Virus record (IMG/VR): IMGVR_UViG_3300044949_001245 | Span: 1 to 64,000 of that record | DNA: 64,000 nucleotides | Origin: a virus | Strand: one strand, 5' to 3' | Shown here: positions 30,131 through 39,894 of the stretch, in pieces | Position numbering within the stretch: position 1 is the first letter of the stretch | How the letters are laid out: each line of letters starts with the position of its first letter | Position numbers and translations under genes: made by a program | The notes under the pieces: generated by a model | The model's database searches: none | What the model was told of the DNA's origin: nothing | The model's input: only the letters and a program-made list of their open reading frames with translations

Positions 30131-31707
30131 TGTACAATGTTTACGTTATGCTCTGATTTTAATCTCGCAATCACATTGTTACTCAGCGGTGAACCAGCCT
30201 CAAAACTCATCAAGGCTTTGGCAAATTCTTCATCATAACCGCCTTTTGCGATTGTAGCAGCATCAAGTACATTAAGGATTGCCCCTCTGTGTTCGCTGGT
30301 ATGAAGAGTGGCATTGCCGGCAGCACGACCTCCTTTTTCAAGATTGTCCGCTCCAAAGTTGCGCTCAACATAACCTTTAGTGATAGACTTGCGTCCAGTG
30401 GGCTGTGTAGAAAGTTCCTCTACTAATTCAAGTGCTTTTTGTAAGTCCTCTCTAGTAGCACGCAACTCTCTTTCTTGGCGCCACATTTTGCCTTTTAGCA
30501 ATTCTGTAGCATCCATCTGTGCCTTTACTAATTGTGCAAGGGCACGTACATTTTGCGTATTTGAACTTGTTGACTCGTTGATAGCTTTGATAATGTCAGT
30601 TTGGAAAGATTTTTTCACATACTTCATCCCCTTTTCTTCATTGTCCTCATCTTCATCTTGCTCCCCCTCTTCAGAGTTCATTTCATCTTCATTGTGAGAA
30701 TCAACGTCAATGTGAATTTCTTTTTTCAGACCTTTGCCTTTTTTCATTTCGTCATCGGCAGCATCTTTTTTCTTTTTCTTGGCATCATAACCATACTGCT
30801 CTTTCATGACTTTTGCAGCAACCTCTTCATCTGACTCTTCGTCATCTTCATCGGCATCATTGCTTTTTGGCTTTCCCATGGACTTTTTCGCTTTCTCCAA
30901 AAATGGATTTTCGTCCATATTTTCCAAACCCAGAGCACTCATGGCTTTCTGAAGGTCTTTGGTTTCGATTGTTTTTCCTTTTAACATTGCTTGTTCTATT
31001 TTAATTAACAGATTGTTGAATTGTTCTGCTTTTTCAATACTAATACCTGGGAATGTGTCAAAAATTTTATCATACCTTTGCTCCTCAGTCATATTCTTCA
31101 CCTTGTACCCATCTACGCTGGCGGGCATTAGCGCACGACCATCGCCTGTATCTAGTGTCTTTTTTGTATCAACATCATCCTCTTCATTCTTCTCCATATC
31201 GTAATCACACCCCTTTCCTTTAATAATATCAGCGAATGTTTGAGGATTTTTAGGCATGTGTGTAATAGCCAATCCTGTTATCTTTGCTTGCTTTACTATT
31301 TTAGGATTGGTAACGTCACGCTCAATAACAGTTCCCTCAATACTGTACCCTAGTCTGCGTGTCTTTGAGTCTTTCTGGAGAACTTCCGCAAGTTGATAAA
31401 CCTCTTTGGCTAAATCACTATTTGGATACAAATCAGTTTCTACATAAAACCCATCCTTGCGAATTTCTGCTTTGCATGGCTCACCTATGATTGTGGCTGG
31501 GCTGTTCTTGGCTTGGTGATGCCAATTCACAACTCCTGACTTTTTGAAATCTGAAATGTCAAACCCAGATGGGTCAAGAAATTCACCATCAGCATCTTTA
31601 TCCATAGTGGAGGCAATACCCCCTAGTCTCATCACTTCCTTTCCATTCTTGTCTTTCCCCTTACTTATTTCAACAGGGCACCAGAACTTAAATTTTTGCT
31701 CAGCCAT
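30127..31707 (-). CDS. Prohead protease with fused scaffold-like C-terminus
   Basis: GIAST..KDADGE, VNWHH, LGYSIEG, AITHMPKNP; long acidic and coiled-coil tail. Confidence 0.9.
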   Translation of the reverse strand: MAEQKFKFWCPVEISKGKDKNGKEVMRLGGIASTMDKDADGEFLDPSGFDISDFKKSGVVNWHHQAKNSPATIIGEPCKAEIRKDGFYVETDLYPNSDLAKEVYQLAEVLQKDSKTRRLGYSIEGTVIERDVTNPKIVKQAKITGLAITHMPKNPQTFADIIKGKGCDYDMEKNEEDDVDTKKTLDTGDGRALMPASVDGYKVKNMTEEQRYDKIFDTFPGISIEKAEQFNNLLIKIEQAMLKGKTIETKDLQKAMSALGLENMDENPFLEKAKKSMGKPKSNDADEDDEESDEEVAAKVMKEQYGYDAKKKKKDAADDEMKKGKGLKKEIHIDVDSHNEDEMNSEEGEQDEDEDNEEKGMKYVKKSFQTDIIKAINESTSSNTQNVRALAQLVKAQMDATELLKGKMWRQERELRATREDLQKALELVEELSTQPTGRKSITKGYVERNFGADNLEKGGRAAGNATLHTSEHRGAILNVLDAATIAKGGYDEEFAKALMSFEAGSPLSNNVIARLKSEHNVNIVQ

Positions 31708-31718
31708 TTTGTTATTTA

Positions 31719-32129
31719 TTAAATTTCTAAAATTCCAATATCAAGTTTGTTGGCAAACAAGAAATCATAAAGTATGTCTTGCTTGGTCTTTGGATTTTTG
31801 CCCTTAAAATCTGCGTGGGACATCGCTATGGAAGCAAGATAGTCACAAAACGCATTATGAAAGAACAAAATCTTTTCAGCTTTTTTGGTAGTCAATTTTA
31901 TATCATCAGGACAATCTTTGAAATAATGTGCTTTCATAGTCCTATCTAAAAAATTCTTTTGGTCATTGACATCAACCAACGGAAATTTGCCTTTGAATGG
32001 TAACAGCTCACTTGGCTTATTTTCATAAAGCACTGATGTTACCTTTCCAATTCTAATAGATGTGAACTGGTTTCTGTATAACTGCTCCTCAGCGTCACCG
32101 CCAGCTTTCTCTTGTATGAACCATTCCAT
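31719..32129 (-). CDS. Hypothetical head-module protein
   Basis: 136 aa; begins FIQEKA. Confidence 0.7.
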   Translation of the reverse strand: MEWFIQEKAGGDAEEQLYRNQFTSIRIGKVTSVLYENKPSELLPFKGKFPLVDVNDQKNFLDRTMKAHYFKDCPDDIKLTTKKAEKILFFHNAFCDYLASIAMSHADFKGKNPKTKQDILYDFLFANKLDIGILEI

Positions 32130-32131
32130 TA

Positions 32132-34378
32132 CTACTTACTTTTATTGTTTTTTCTAACTTTCAATTTGCTTCTGTTTAGCACAATCGCAAAATCCGTACT
32201 ACCGCCCCAACCATTCTTTTGAATTATCATGTCGTAACCCTTTATTGCCGCATAAAACCCTCTGAACTCTCCATTAGGTCTTTTAGCAATGTCTGCCATT
32301 ATATGGTGTAGTGAAGAACTGCCCTGACCTCTCAACTTATTGACCTCGTCAGCTACAGCACGTAATTTATCTTGCGCATCTTTTGCTTCCTTTTTAACAG
32401 CTTCAATTTTGTCAGAATTTTTCAACTCTTTTTCAATCTCTTTATTTATCACACCATAGTGATTTTCTATCACGAAATCTCGCAACCTAGAATAGTGGTG
32501 ATTGTATTTTTTAGTGTTTGAATTTTTCTGCTTTACACTCCTATCTGCCACACCCTCATTCAACATGAATTTTTCTGATGAGAGTGGCAACTCTATCTCT
32601 AAAGTTCTGCCATTATCATGTTCCGTAATTTTCGCCCCTAGTGATTTCACAAGTGCTTGATAGTACCTTTTAACCTTACCAAATGAGTGAACCTCTGGGT
32701 CAGCGTAAACTATATCAGCCCTTGAATTAAGTGCGTCCAAAGCCTTTTGATTCCAACCCATATTATCCTTTACATCTTGAGCAATAATTTTTTCGATGTT
32801 CCTAGCTTTATCATTTAGCTTATCAACCTCATTTTTCAGGTCATCATACTCTTTTTTCTTTTCCTTAAACTCTTCTCCAAAGAACTCCTCATTCATCATC
32901 TCATCCAACTCTTGCGCATCAATTATGCGGACATCTTTATCTATGGCTATATCTATAACGTGACTTGAGTCTTGGCCAGCATAATCTAGTGCTATGCTGT
33001 AATCTGAATTTGGCGGTGGAGGATTTTTCTTGGTCTTGTTTACAGCAGCGTAAATTCCAGCTCCATACATTCCAACCATTCCATAAAAGCAATCATCTTT
33101 CTCCTTGAAATTCCTTATCCAAGTTTGAGCACTCACTCCTGAAGTTCCTGTTAGTCCACGCTGGATTAACTTTACATCGTCATCTTCTAGCAATTTGTCG
33201 AATTTTTTATCATCCAACAATTCAGGCTTTTTATCAAACCCACGCATCTTACAAATTTCAGACAAGAACATCCAACCAACCTTACTGTTTTGGTTAGTAA
33301 TCTTGCCCCCAGCTTTCTTTAATGCTTTTTCAATTTCTTTTTCTGTTAATTCTCTGTATGGGTCTTCATTTTCATAGTCATCATCTTCCAACCTAGTTTG
33401 TAGGTCAAAAAATCTTTTGGCCATCTTTATTTTCAAGTCTTTGTCTTCAATCAAAGACAAAATGGCTTTCTCTTTACTCAACAAATCTTTTATTTGATTG
33501 TTGATATCCTTTTGGGTCAAGTCATGAGTAATGGCTAAATTTTGCGACACCATTGAGTCCAATTCATCAACCTCATCGGTAAATGACGCCCCCTTATCAC
33601 GACCAGTGGCTGAGAACCTTAAAGAACCACCATTATCCACCCTATAAACCAGTCCGTCATCCTTATTGACTAGTATGTTATCATTCTTATACGCATCCCA
33701 ATTAGCCAGCAAACAATCAGCAACGTACCCTTTAAGAATTTCTTGTTTGAGGTTGTCGTCCAAGATATTATTCGCTGCCTCTGTATTCTCCATGTACTCA
33801 GACAGGATTGCTACGTTTGAAGTTCCCTTTTCGTAAATTTGCATTCTTGGAACAGTCAATCCAATCTCTTCATAGATTTTGGTAGCAAGATATTCCTCTT
33901 CAACGTGAGCTGGTGACGCACCCCTCTTCATTACATACTTCTTGCCTGTTGCTGGGTCTTCCAATAGCTTTGCTCCTGTGGAACCACCTAGTGTTTTATT
34001 AACAGGCACAAGTTTACTTATATCATCAGGAAAGTCATCGTAATCATCTGTTGCTTTTTTCTTTGGTTGTTTTACAGCTTTCCTCCAATCCAACTTCCCC
34101 CCTTTGGTCTTTTTTACGACATAAAGGACACCATTCTTTACTTTCTGTTCCCCCTCACGCAAAGCCTTAAAAAGATTTTCATCTGGCTCCAGTCCGTTGA
34201 GATAGTCATTGAATGTTTTAGCCTTAATCAACTCATGTTGTGTGTCGGACACCCAGCCAGTCTTTTCCCTAACTGACTCAAGTGCCTTTACCAGCGTGAA
34301 ATCGTCCAATAAGCCATCTTCATTAGCTTTAACAATTCGCTGGAACGAATTTTCAATATCAATGAAATTCTCCGACAT
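32132..34378 (-). CDS. Putative capsid-internal effector: HipA/PI-kinase-like domain plus ADP-ribosyltransferase-like domain
   Basis: Kinase-like motifs LGGSTGA..KYVMK..EEEYLA..DCLLANWD..NIL..RVDNGGSL; ART-like motifs IQRG..GMYGAGIY..ALDYA..KGYDMI..IVLNRS. Confidence 0.7.
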   Translation of the reverse strand: MSENFIDIENSFQRIVKANEDGLLDDFTLVKALESVREKTGWVSDTQHELIKAKTFNDYLNGLEPDENLFKALREGEQKVKNGVLYVVKKTKGGKLDWRKAVKQPKKKATDDYDDFPDDISKLVPVNKTLGGSTGAKLLEDPATGKKYVMKRGASPAHVEEEYLATKIYEEIGLTVPRMQIYEKGTSNVAILSEYMENTEAANNILDDNLKQEILKGYVADCLLANWDAYKNDNILVNKDDGLVYRVDNGGSLRFSATGRDKGASFTDEVDELDSMVSQNLAITHDLTQKDINNQIKDLLSKEKAILSLIEDKDLKIKMAKRFFDLQTRLEDDDYENEDPYRELTEKEIEKALKKAGGKITNQNSKVGWMFLSEICKMRGFDKKPELLDDKKFDKLLEDDDVKLIQRGLTGTSGVSAQTWIRNFKEKDDCFYGMVGMYGAGIYAAVNKTKKNPPPPNSDYSIALDYAGQDSSHVIDIAIDKDVRIIDAQELDEMMNEEFFGEEFKEKKKEYDDLKNEVDKLNDKARNIEKIIAQDVKDNMGWNQKALDALNSRADIVYADPEVHSFGKVKRYYQALVKSLGAKITEHDNGRTLEIELPLSSEKFMLNEGVADRSVKQKNSNTKKYNHHYSRLRDFVIENHYGVINKEIEKELKNSDKIEAVKKEAKDAQDKLRAVADEVNKLRGQGSSSLHHIMADIAKRPNGEFRGFYAAIKGYDMIIQKNGWGGSTDFAIVLNRSKLKVRKNNKSK

Positions 34379-34386
34379 AGTTTTTA

Positions 34387-35901
34387 TTACATTAGGTCAA
34401 GATGAGCCAAAGCCTTCATCAATTCATTACGCTCATCTTCTTTACGACCTTTGGTCAAAAATTTAGCAACCTCTGGCTCCCACTCTTTGACATCTCCAAA
34501 TAGCAATCTAGCTGTCGTTGGGTCAGCTTCAATAAGCTCATTTGCGTTATCTATTGACCTTTTAATCTCTAGTGCCTCTTTGAAAGTCCTTGAGCTAAAT
34601 TTAGCTGGGTCCATCTTACCAATGTTCTTTTTAATCAAATCGAACACCGCTTCACGTTCTGCTACATCGTCAGCCTTATTCTCCAATCTTGGAACACCTG
34701 TGAAGTTCATCTTGTGTTTAAGATGCTCCATCATGTCAAGTTTTTCTGACTTGGTGAATTGAATATCTTGTTTTAATGCTCTCGTGTAAACTGCGTTGAT
34801 ATGCTCATCTGCCGTCAAGTCATGTTGGTCCATGTTAGTCAAGAACAAAATCTTACCATTGAACTCAAATGGGTCTATATTGGCATTTTTGTTAGTGGAT
34901 TTTTTACCGACTATTCTCTTGCCTGAAGATGCGGTTGCTTTCTTCATAATGCCCATTGTTTCATCTTTTTTAAGAACTTCATCGGCATCGTCAAATACAA
35001 TGATTTTTCCGTTATGCTCTTTCAAAATTTGCGCCAGCTGAACAGGTGAGGTGATTTCAGGTGCCTCTACATAATCATAATCACTATCTCCAGGCTCATC
35101 AGTTTCAGGATTGAATGCCTTCTTTCCTAAATGCTCCGCAATCATGTGCATATTGAATGTTTTACCGACACCAGCACCGCCTGAAGCAATCATTAATGGA
35201 GAGTCAGTCCTAAAAAATTGTGCGTAAGTTTTATTGAGGTTGAAGATGTGTTGTTGTGGCTCTTCATAATCAGCGTCAGATGTCTTCATCTTATGTATAA
35301 AGGCATCCGCATCAATACGTTGTTGTTTAGTTTTTAAGCCACCAAATTTCTTTTTAATATAGGCTGGATTGGTCCACTCTTTACCCTCTTCCACATCCCC
35401 ATCTATTCCATCAAGTGTGTCACTTTCTCCATCGCCAGATGTATCGTCAGCATCGGTATCTGCAACTTGCTTTGTCTTTTTGTTGGCAGTTCCTGTTCCG
35501 AACATTTCTTTCATCTTCTTGAATTTTCCTGTATTCAAGTTGATGTCTGAAACATCTTCGCCACGTTTAACAAGCTCATCGTATGCCTCTTGTCGCAGCG
35601 TTGGGTCATTGTTAGGATTTTTAGCAAATGTCTTTATCTTATCTGCGTCTTGGGTCAACAAGAATGCTCTCAATTTTTGAACTTTGTTGCCATCGCCCTT
35701 ACCAGCTACATTTCCTGTAGTTCCTGTAATCTGCTTTTTGCCTTGTTGTGGCTTTCCTTTTCGCCAATCGAATTTTCCTGGCTTGATTTCAGTCCAGTAC
35801 CTAGTGATGCCGTCACTTCCGACTTTTGAATCACCGACTTGTCTAGCCTTGACCAAGTCTTCATTAAGTATGCTCTCTAAAACAGATGATGTCCTATTCA
35901 T
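34387..35901 (-). CDS. Putative capsid-internal AAA+ ATPase with N-terminal targeting-like modules
   Basis: Walker A GGAGVGKT, Walker B IIVFDDAD, FNGKILFLTN. ATG 35901 preferred over the GTG at 35928. Confidence 0.8.
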   Translation of the reverse strand: MNRTSSVLESILNEDLVKARQVGDSKVGSDGITRYWTEIKPGKFDWRKGKPQQGKKQITGTTGNVAGKGDGNKVQKLRAFLLTQDADKIKTFAKNPNNDPTLRQEAYDELVKRGEDVSDINLNTGKFKKMKEMFGTGTANKKTKQVADTDADDTSGDGESDTLDGIDGDVEEGKEWTNPAYIKKKFGGLKTKQQRIDADAFIHKMKTSDADYEEPQQHIFNLNKTYAQFFRTDSPLMIASGGAGVGKTFNMHMIAEHLGKKAFNPETDEPGDSDYDYVEAPEITSPVQLAQILKEHNGKIIVFDDADEVLKKDETMGIMKKATASSGKRIVGKKSTNKNANIDPFEFNGKILFLTNMDQHDLTADEHINAVYTRALKQDIQFTKSEKLDMMEHLKHKMNFTGVPRLENKADDVAEREAVFDLIKKNIGKMDPAKFSSRTFKEALEIKRSIDNANELIEADPTTARLLFGDVKEWEPEVAKFLTKGRKEDERNELMKALAHLDLM

Positions 35902-35929
35902 AGTGATAAATTTGATTTCATTTATCACT

Positions 35930-35942
35930 TAATACCTGTTAC
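35930..35942 (-). promoter_or_regulatory. Candidate late promoter (GTAACAGGTATTA)
   Basis: Exact 13-mer, 29 nt upstream of ATG 35901. Confidence 0.65.
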
Positions 35943-35951
35943 ATCATCATT

Positions 35952-37379
35952 TCATCGTTGCCATTTGATAGGCACAGAACATCCGAAAAATTCAGTCATC
36001 ATTTTTTCACTTTCCTTAATGACTTCGCTTGAGTTTTCACCTTTGGCTAGTTTACTTAACCTCTTGTTATCCATAGAATTATCAATGACCCTCTTCATGT
36101 TTTTCACTGGGTCAAACAACAATTTTGCTAATTCAAAGTTATGTTTCACATCACGTAAATATTGAGAATTTTTCATTTTTAGCGCATCATTTAGGTATCC
36201 AGCGAACTGTTTTGGAGTAACATCCCATGGAACATAAATTGCCCGCAACTCATCACGAATTATATCGTCAATTTCACATTTTGGCTCAATAAGTCCTCTA
36301 GTATCTCTCAAAACAGGATATGAACCATTGATGATTGCTTCGATGGTAAATCCATTAAGATGCGTGTTAGAATACTGCGCATAATGTTTACTGAACGATG
36401 GGTCAATACTAAACTTGGCATTTTTCTGAACCATATAGACATCTTCATTAGACATGAAGCCCATATGTTCCATTCCGTATTTCAAGGCACGCTCCCAAAG
36501 ACTCATTCCTATATCACCCGCATCGCAATCTGGGTCAGTGCTTTTAGAAACAGTATATCTTGACTTAAACTTGTCTTTGTCTTGAGTGGTCATATAGTAC
36601 AACTCTATCCCTGACCCCCCTATCCACATGCTTGACCCCTTATCTAAATGAGGCATCAACGCCAACAAGTCCTCCATCTTTTTCATAGACTTGAAAACGT
36701 GAGCTGCGAAAAAGTCCACTGGTCTTTTCGTCATCGGTGTAAGGTGTAATTTCTCAGGTATGTATCTTGAGGCAAAATTTAATTGTCTAGGTATCGAAAA
36801 ATTTTCGCAACAGTTGTAAGCTGACAAGTGTACACAATCTAACAACGTGATTTTATCCTCCAAATACCTTATCCAGCTGTTCCGAATGTCGAAATAACCA
36901 TCATGTACTGCCATGACTTGCTTGACGCTAGATGGTAGGTCAAAAAACTTGGGCCAAAAATCTAGTCCTTTTGCCTCTTTGGTTTTGGTTGGCGTAAAAC
37001 TCCAGAACACTAAATCAACACCCTCCATAGCCTTGTGCCAAAGCTCAAGTGCATTATCCGCAAAAATCGGTATTCTGTTTGTATATGGAGGCAATATCCA
37101 ACCATAGTACGAATTTCTCCAATAGCCAGTAACCTCTGATTTTGTGTACCCCCCAGCTTGCGACCTGTTGTCTTGCTTACTTTGAAAATCTCCACTTTCA
37201 AGTTCCGCCAGTTTCTTTTCATATGAACCAGCTGGTATGGACTTATTGTAGGTGAGGAAAATGATGTCGACATCGTGACCCATTTCCTTAAACGCTTGAA
37301 CTCTACTTTCGACATTTTTTACAATGCCTCCGTATTTTGCGATGTCAAACGTACAAATTCTGATTTTTAATTTCTTCAT
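35952..37379 (-). CDS. Glycosyltransferase (GT-B fold)
   Basis: YGGIVKNV...FKEMGHDVDII, AVHDG, KSMKKMEDLL, MGFMSNEDV, GFTIEAIINGSYPV. Confidence 0.8.
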   Translation of the reverse strand: MKKLKIRICTFDIAKYGGIVKNVESRVQAFKEMGHDVDIIFLTYNKSIPAGSYEKKLAELESGDFQSKQDNRSQAGGYTKSEVTGYWRNSYYGWILPPYTNRIPIFADNALELWHKAMEGVDLVFWSFTPTKTKEAKGLDFWPKFFDLPSSVKQVMAVHDGYFDIRNSWIRYLEDKITLLDCVHLSAYNCCENFSIPRQLNFASRYIPEKLHLTPMTKRPVDFFAAHVFKSMKKMEDLLALMPHLDKGSSMWIGGSGIELYYMTTQDKDKFKSRYTVSKSTDPDCDAGDIGMSLWERALKYGMEHMGFMSNEDVYMVQKNAKFSIDPSFSKHYAQYSNTHLNGFTIEAIINGSYPVLRDTRGLIEPKCEIDDIIRDELRAIYVPWDVTPKQFAGYLNDALKMKNSQYLRDVKHNFELAKLLFDPVKNMKRVIDNSMDNKRLSKLAKGENSSEVIKESEKMMTEFFGCSVPIKWQR

Positions 37380-38029
37380 AACTTGATATAAAATTCTTCT
37401 GGTAACTGTTTATTGATATAACCTTGTTCAAAAAATAAAAAGCCACTTTGGGTCTTGTAATATTGTTTGAACAACGCAATTTTATCAACATGTTTCTCAC
37501 CAAAGGTGAACTCCAGATTGAACTTTGAATTTACCAAGCCATTAAGATACGCTTGATTGCGTCTTTTATATGAATGAGGAAAATCTCTATAAAACACATC
37601 TGCGACATCCTCCGTAACTACTCTGGTGAGCCAGTGGAACGGATGACCCACCCCCAAGCAAGTCACAATCAAGTACCCCTTTTTCTTGTACTGACTCACT
37701 ACAGTTTCCAATTCATCTACAACTGCTGCCAGATTTTCTTTCCCCATCATCCTTTGGCAGAACTTCATCGCTGTTTTGTCGTCCATCTCAGCGTGTTCCT
37801 TGTAGTACAACTTATGAAAATCCGTTGAGTCAGCCCTCGTTTCTAGCCTAGACAAACTTGCTCCGAAATGGTTACAAATTTCTTGGTCTTCAAGTAACCG
37901 CTTTGGATTGTTCTCTACTGTCAAAATGACCTTGTCACTGAAGTCCTTGCTATACAAATAGTGGCTAGCACTCAAAATTATGTCATCCGAATGAGGCTGG
38001 ATGAGCAATACCTTTTTTCCCATATTCAA
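37376..38029 (-). CDS. PIG-L/LmbE family N-acetyl-sugar deacetylase
   Basis: LIQPHSDDIILS, GVGHPFH, FYRDFPHS, K..LFKQYYKTQ; stop overlaps the GT start (ATGA). Confidence 0.85.
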   Translation of the reverse strand: MNMGKKVLLIQPHSDDIILSASHYLYSKDFSDKVILTVENNPKRLLEDQEICNHFGASLSRLETRADSTDFHKLYYKEHAEMDDKTAMKFCQRMMGKENLAAVVDELETVVSQYKKKGYLIVTCLGVGHPFHWLTRVVTEDVADVFYRDFPHSYKRRNQAYLNGLVNSKFNLEFTFGEKHVDKIALFKQYYKTQSGFLFFEQGYINKQLPEEFYIKL

Positions 38030-38036
38030 ATTAAAT

Positions 38037-38945
38037 TTAAGGTGTTATGGTAACTTTAACTTTGGAAGTTCTCTTGACTCCATGCGTAACACGCTGAACC
38101 ACGAAATCTTTTTTGTTATCATCCCATACACTATTTGGCGGAACAACATGAAGTATTGACCTTGCCCAAGGATGAGCTGGCCCAACGACTGGTAGTTGGT
38201 CTTTTCGCCCTATATTGTTTCCGTTTGCTATTAAATCCTGAATTTCATATATCACAGGCTTTTCACCAGGTGTTCCGTAATTCTTTTCACAATGCTTACA
38301 AACTCCTGGAAAAGTTTGTTTATACACTTTAGCATCTGACCCATAGTCATCTAAAATTTGCTGTGCCCTCCCAAATCCATATGCTTCTTGTAAGGTGTAA
38401 TCAGCAATCCTTGAAAAATCCCTAGCCCAGTCTTGTGTTAATTTTCTCAACTCACTAGCCAACCATTGTTTGCCTTTGTTTTTTTCAAAAGCCTCAATTG
38501 TCTTTTTGCTTATTATTTTACGAATTTTTGCTTGTTCAGCAGCACTCGCTGTTAATATGCGTTGACTGAAATTGTTCGCTATTTTATTGCCCAAGCCTGA
38601 TAAGTCCGTATATGCCCTGTTTTTCAAAAATTGTAACCCCGCAATCCTAGTTTTACTCTGTGGCCTTACTAACTCATTAGCAAACCACTCATCAAAATCC
38701 TTTCTCTTTACCTTAAAAGATTTTTTGCCGCCTAGAATTTGAGCCATTATTCCGAAATAATACGCACGCTCAATCTCTCCAATCCCTCCAAAAAGAACTT
38801 TATCATCAGGGTCAATCCCATGCGTTTGTAACAATATCTTGTCATATGGAGACAAATAAGACATACCCAATTGAGTTCCGATGAACAAAACTTGATTGAG
38901 TTTTATCATATCTATCATTTTCCATATGTCCTGTATGCTAAACAT
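38037..38945 (-). CDS. Head morphogenesis protein (MuF/SPP1 gp7-like)
   Basis: RDFSRIA..TLQEA, CKHC, GPAHPWARS (HPxCR-like). Confidence 0.75.
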   Translation of the reverse strand: MFSIQDIWKMIDMIKLNQVLFIGTQLGMSYLSPYDKILLQTHGIDPDDKVLFGGIGEIERAYYFGIMAQILGGKKSFKVKRKDFDEWFANELVRPQSKTRIAGLQFLKNRAYTDLSGLGNKIANNFSQRILTASAAEQAKIRKIISKKTIEAFEKNKGKQWLASELRKLTQDWARDFSRIADYTLQEAYGFGRAQQILDDYGSDAKVYKQTFPGVCKHCEKNYGTPGEKPVIYEIQDLIANGNNIGRKDQLPVVGPAHPWARSILHVVPPNSVWDDNKKDFVVQRVTHGVKRTSKVKVTITP

Positions 38946-39165
38946 TGTCTTTCAAAAATTTTAGGATATCAGTCATGGATTTGCCGACAACTTTCTTGGC
39001 GTAATTGCTCTGGAACTCCGCTACAATCTCATCAAGTACAGGCTCATTTTTCTCCTTGACGTGTCGCTGTTCTTTTTCCTTTATGGTATTCTTTATGAAC
39101 TTACCATTGAAAATCTCAACTTGTTTTTGAGCTTTCTGAATTTCTTCATAATTACTTAACTCCAT
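38938..39165 (-). CDS. Hypothetical protein
   Basis: 75 aa coupled ORF; EEIQKA motif. Confidence 0.65.
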   Translation of the reverse strand: MELSNYEEIQKAQKQVEIFNGKFIKNTIKEKEQRHVKEKNEPVLDEIVAEFQSNYAKKVVGKSMTDILKFLKDNV

Positions 39166-39883
39166 AAATCACTGCGGTTGTGAGAATGGAACCAGTGGCT
39201 GTACCTAACAGGAAATTAAACCAAGGCTTGCTCCAAATACTCTTTTTCTCAATAACTTTGATATTGTTCAATCCGTTAATGGTAGTATATGGATTTTCAC
39301 TTTGAACCTCAACGAATGATTTTAGTGGCTTAAATATGCCCTCTCTCCTTTCGCCCACAGTAATAGTAAACTTATTATTAAAACTCAAAGAGTCCATTGA
39401 CAAACCACCTTTTTCGATTGTTCCTGCAAAATTATACCACTGGTCATAAGCCTTCACCCTAGTTCCAAATCTGACTCCTATCGGAACAGGAATGGTGTCG
39501 TGGATAGTATCGGTTGAATAAACATAAATTGGCTCTCCAGCCTTTGCTTCATATTCCGCAATTATGTTCTTTATTTTCGTTTCAAAATTTATTTTGATTT
39601 GTGAATTCAACTTTTTCAAATTAGAATTTTCCAAAAGCTGTTTCTCAATCTCTTTGTCTTTAGAAATAATCACTTGTTCTTGCTCCACTATCTGCCTACC
39701 TAGTTTATCACGCTCAGTCTTGAACTTTTGCGTTTCGCTCAAATATGTGTCAGCAAGTAACTTATTGTTTTGTGACTCTATTTGTGAATTTCTACAACTT
39801 CTGAAAGTCAATAAGATTATTACAATCAGCACCACCTGGCTACCGACTAGTAATTTTATGATTGAATTTTTATCCATTTTCAA
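39152..39883 (-). CDS. Putative spanin (N-terminal hydrophobic helix ending in SC, coiled coil, C-terminal TM)
   Basis: VVLIVIILLTFRSC; WFNFLLGTATGSILTTAVIYGVK; directly after endolysin. Confidence 0.6.
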   Translation of the reverse strand: MKMDKNSIIKLLVGSQVVLIVIILLTFRSCRNSQIESQNNKLLADTYLSETQKFKTERDKLGRQIVEQEQVIISKDKEIEKQLLENSNLKKLNSQIKINFETKIKNIIAEYEAKAGEPIYVYSTDTIHDTIPVPIGVRFGTRVKAYDQWYNFAGTIEKGGLSMDSLSFNNKFTITVGERREGIFKPLKSFVEVQSENPYTTINGLNNIKVIEKKSIWSKPWFNFLLGTATGSILTTAVIYGVK

Positions 39884-39894
39884 TTTATTTTTTG

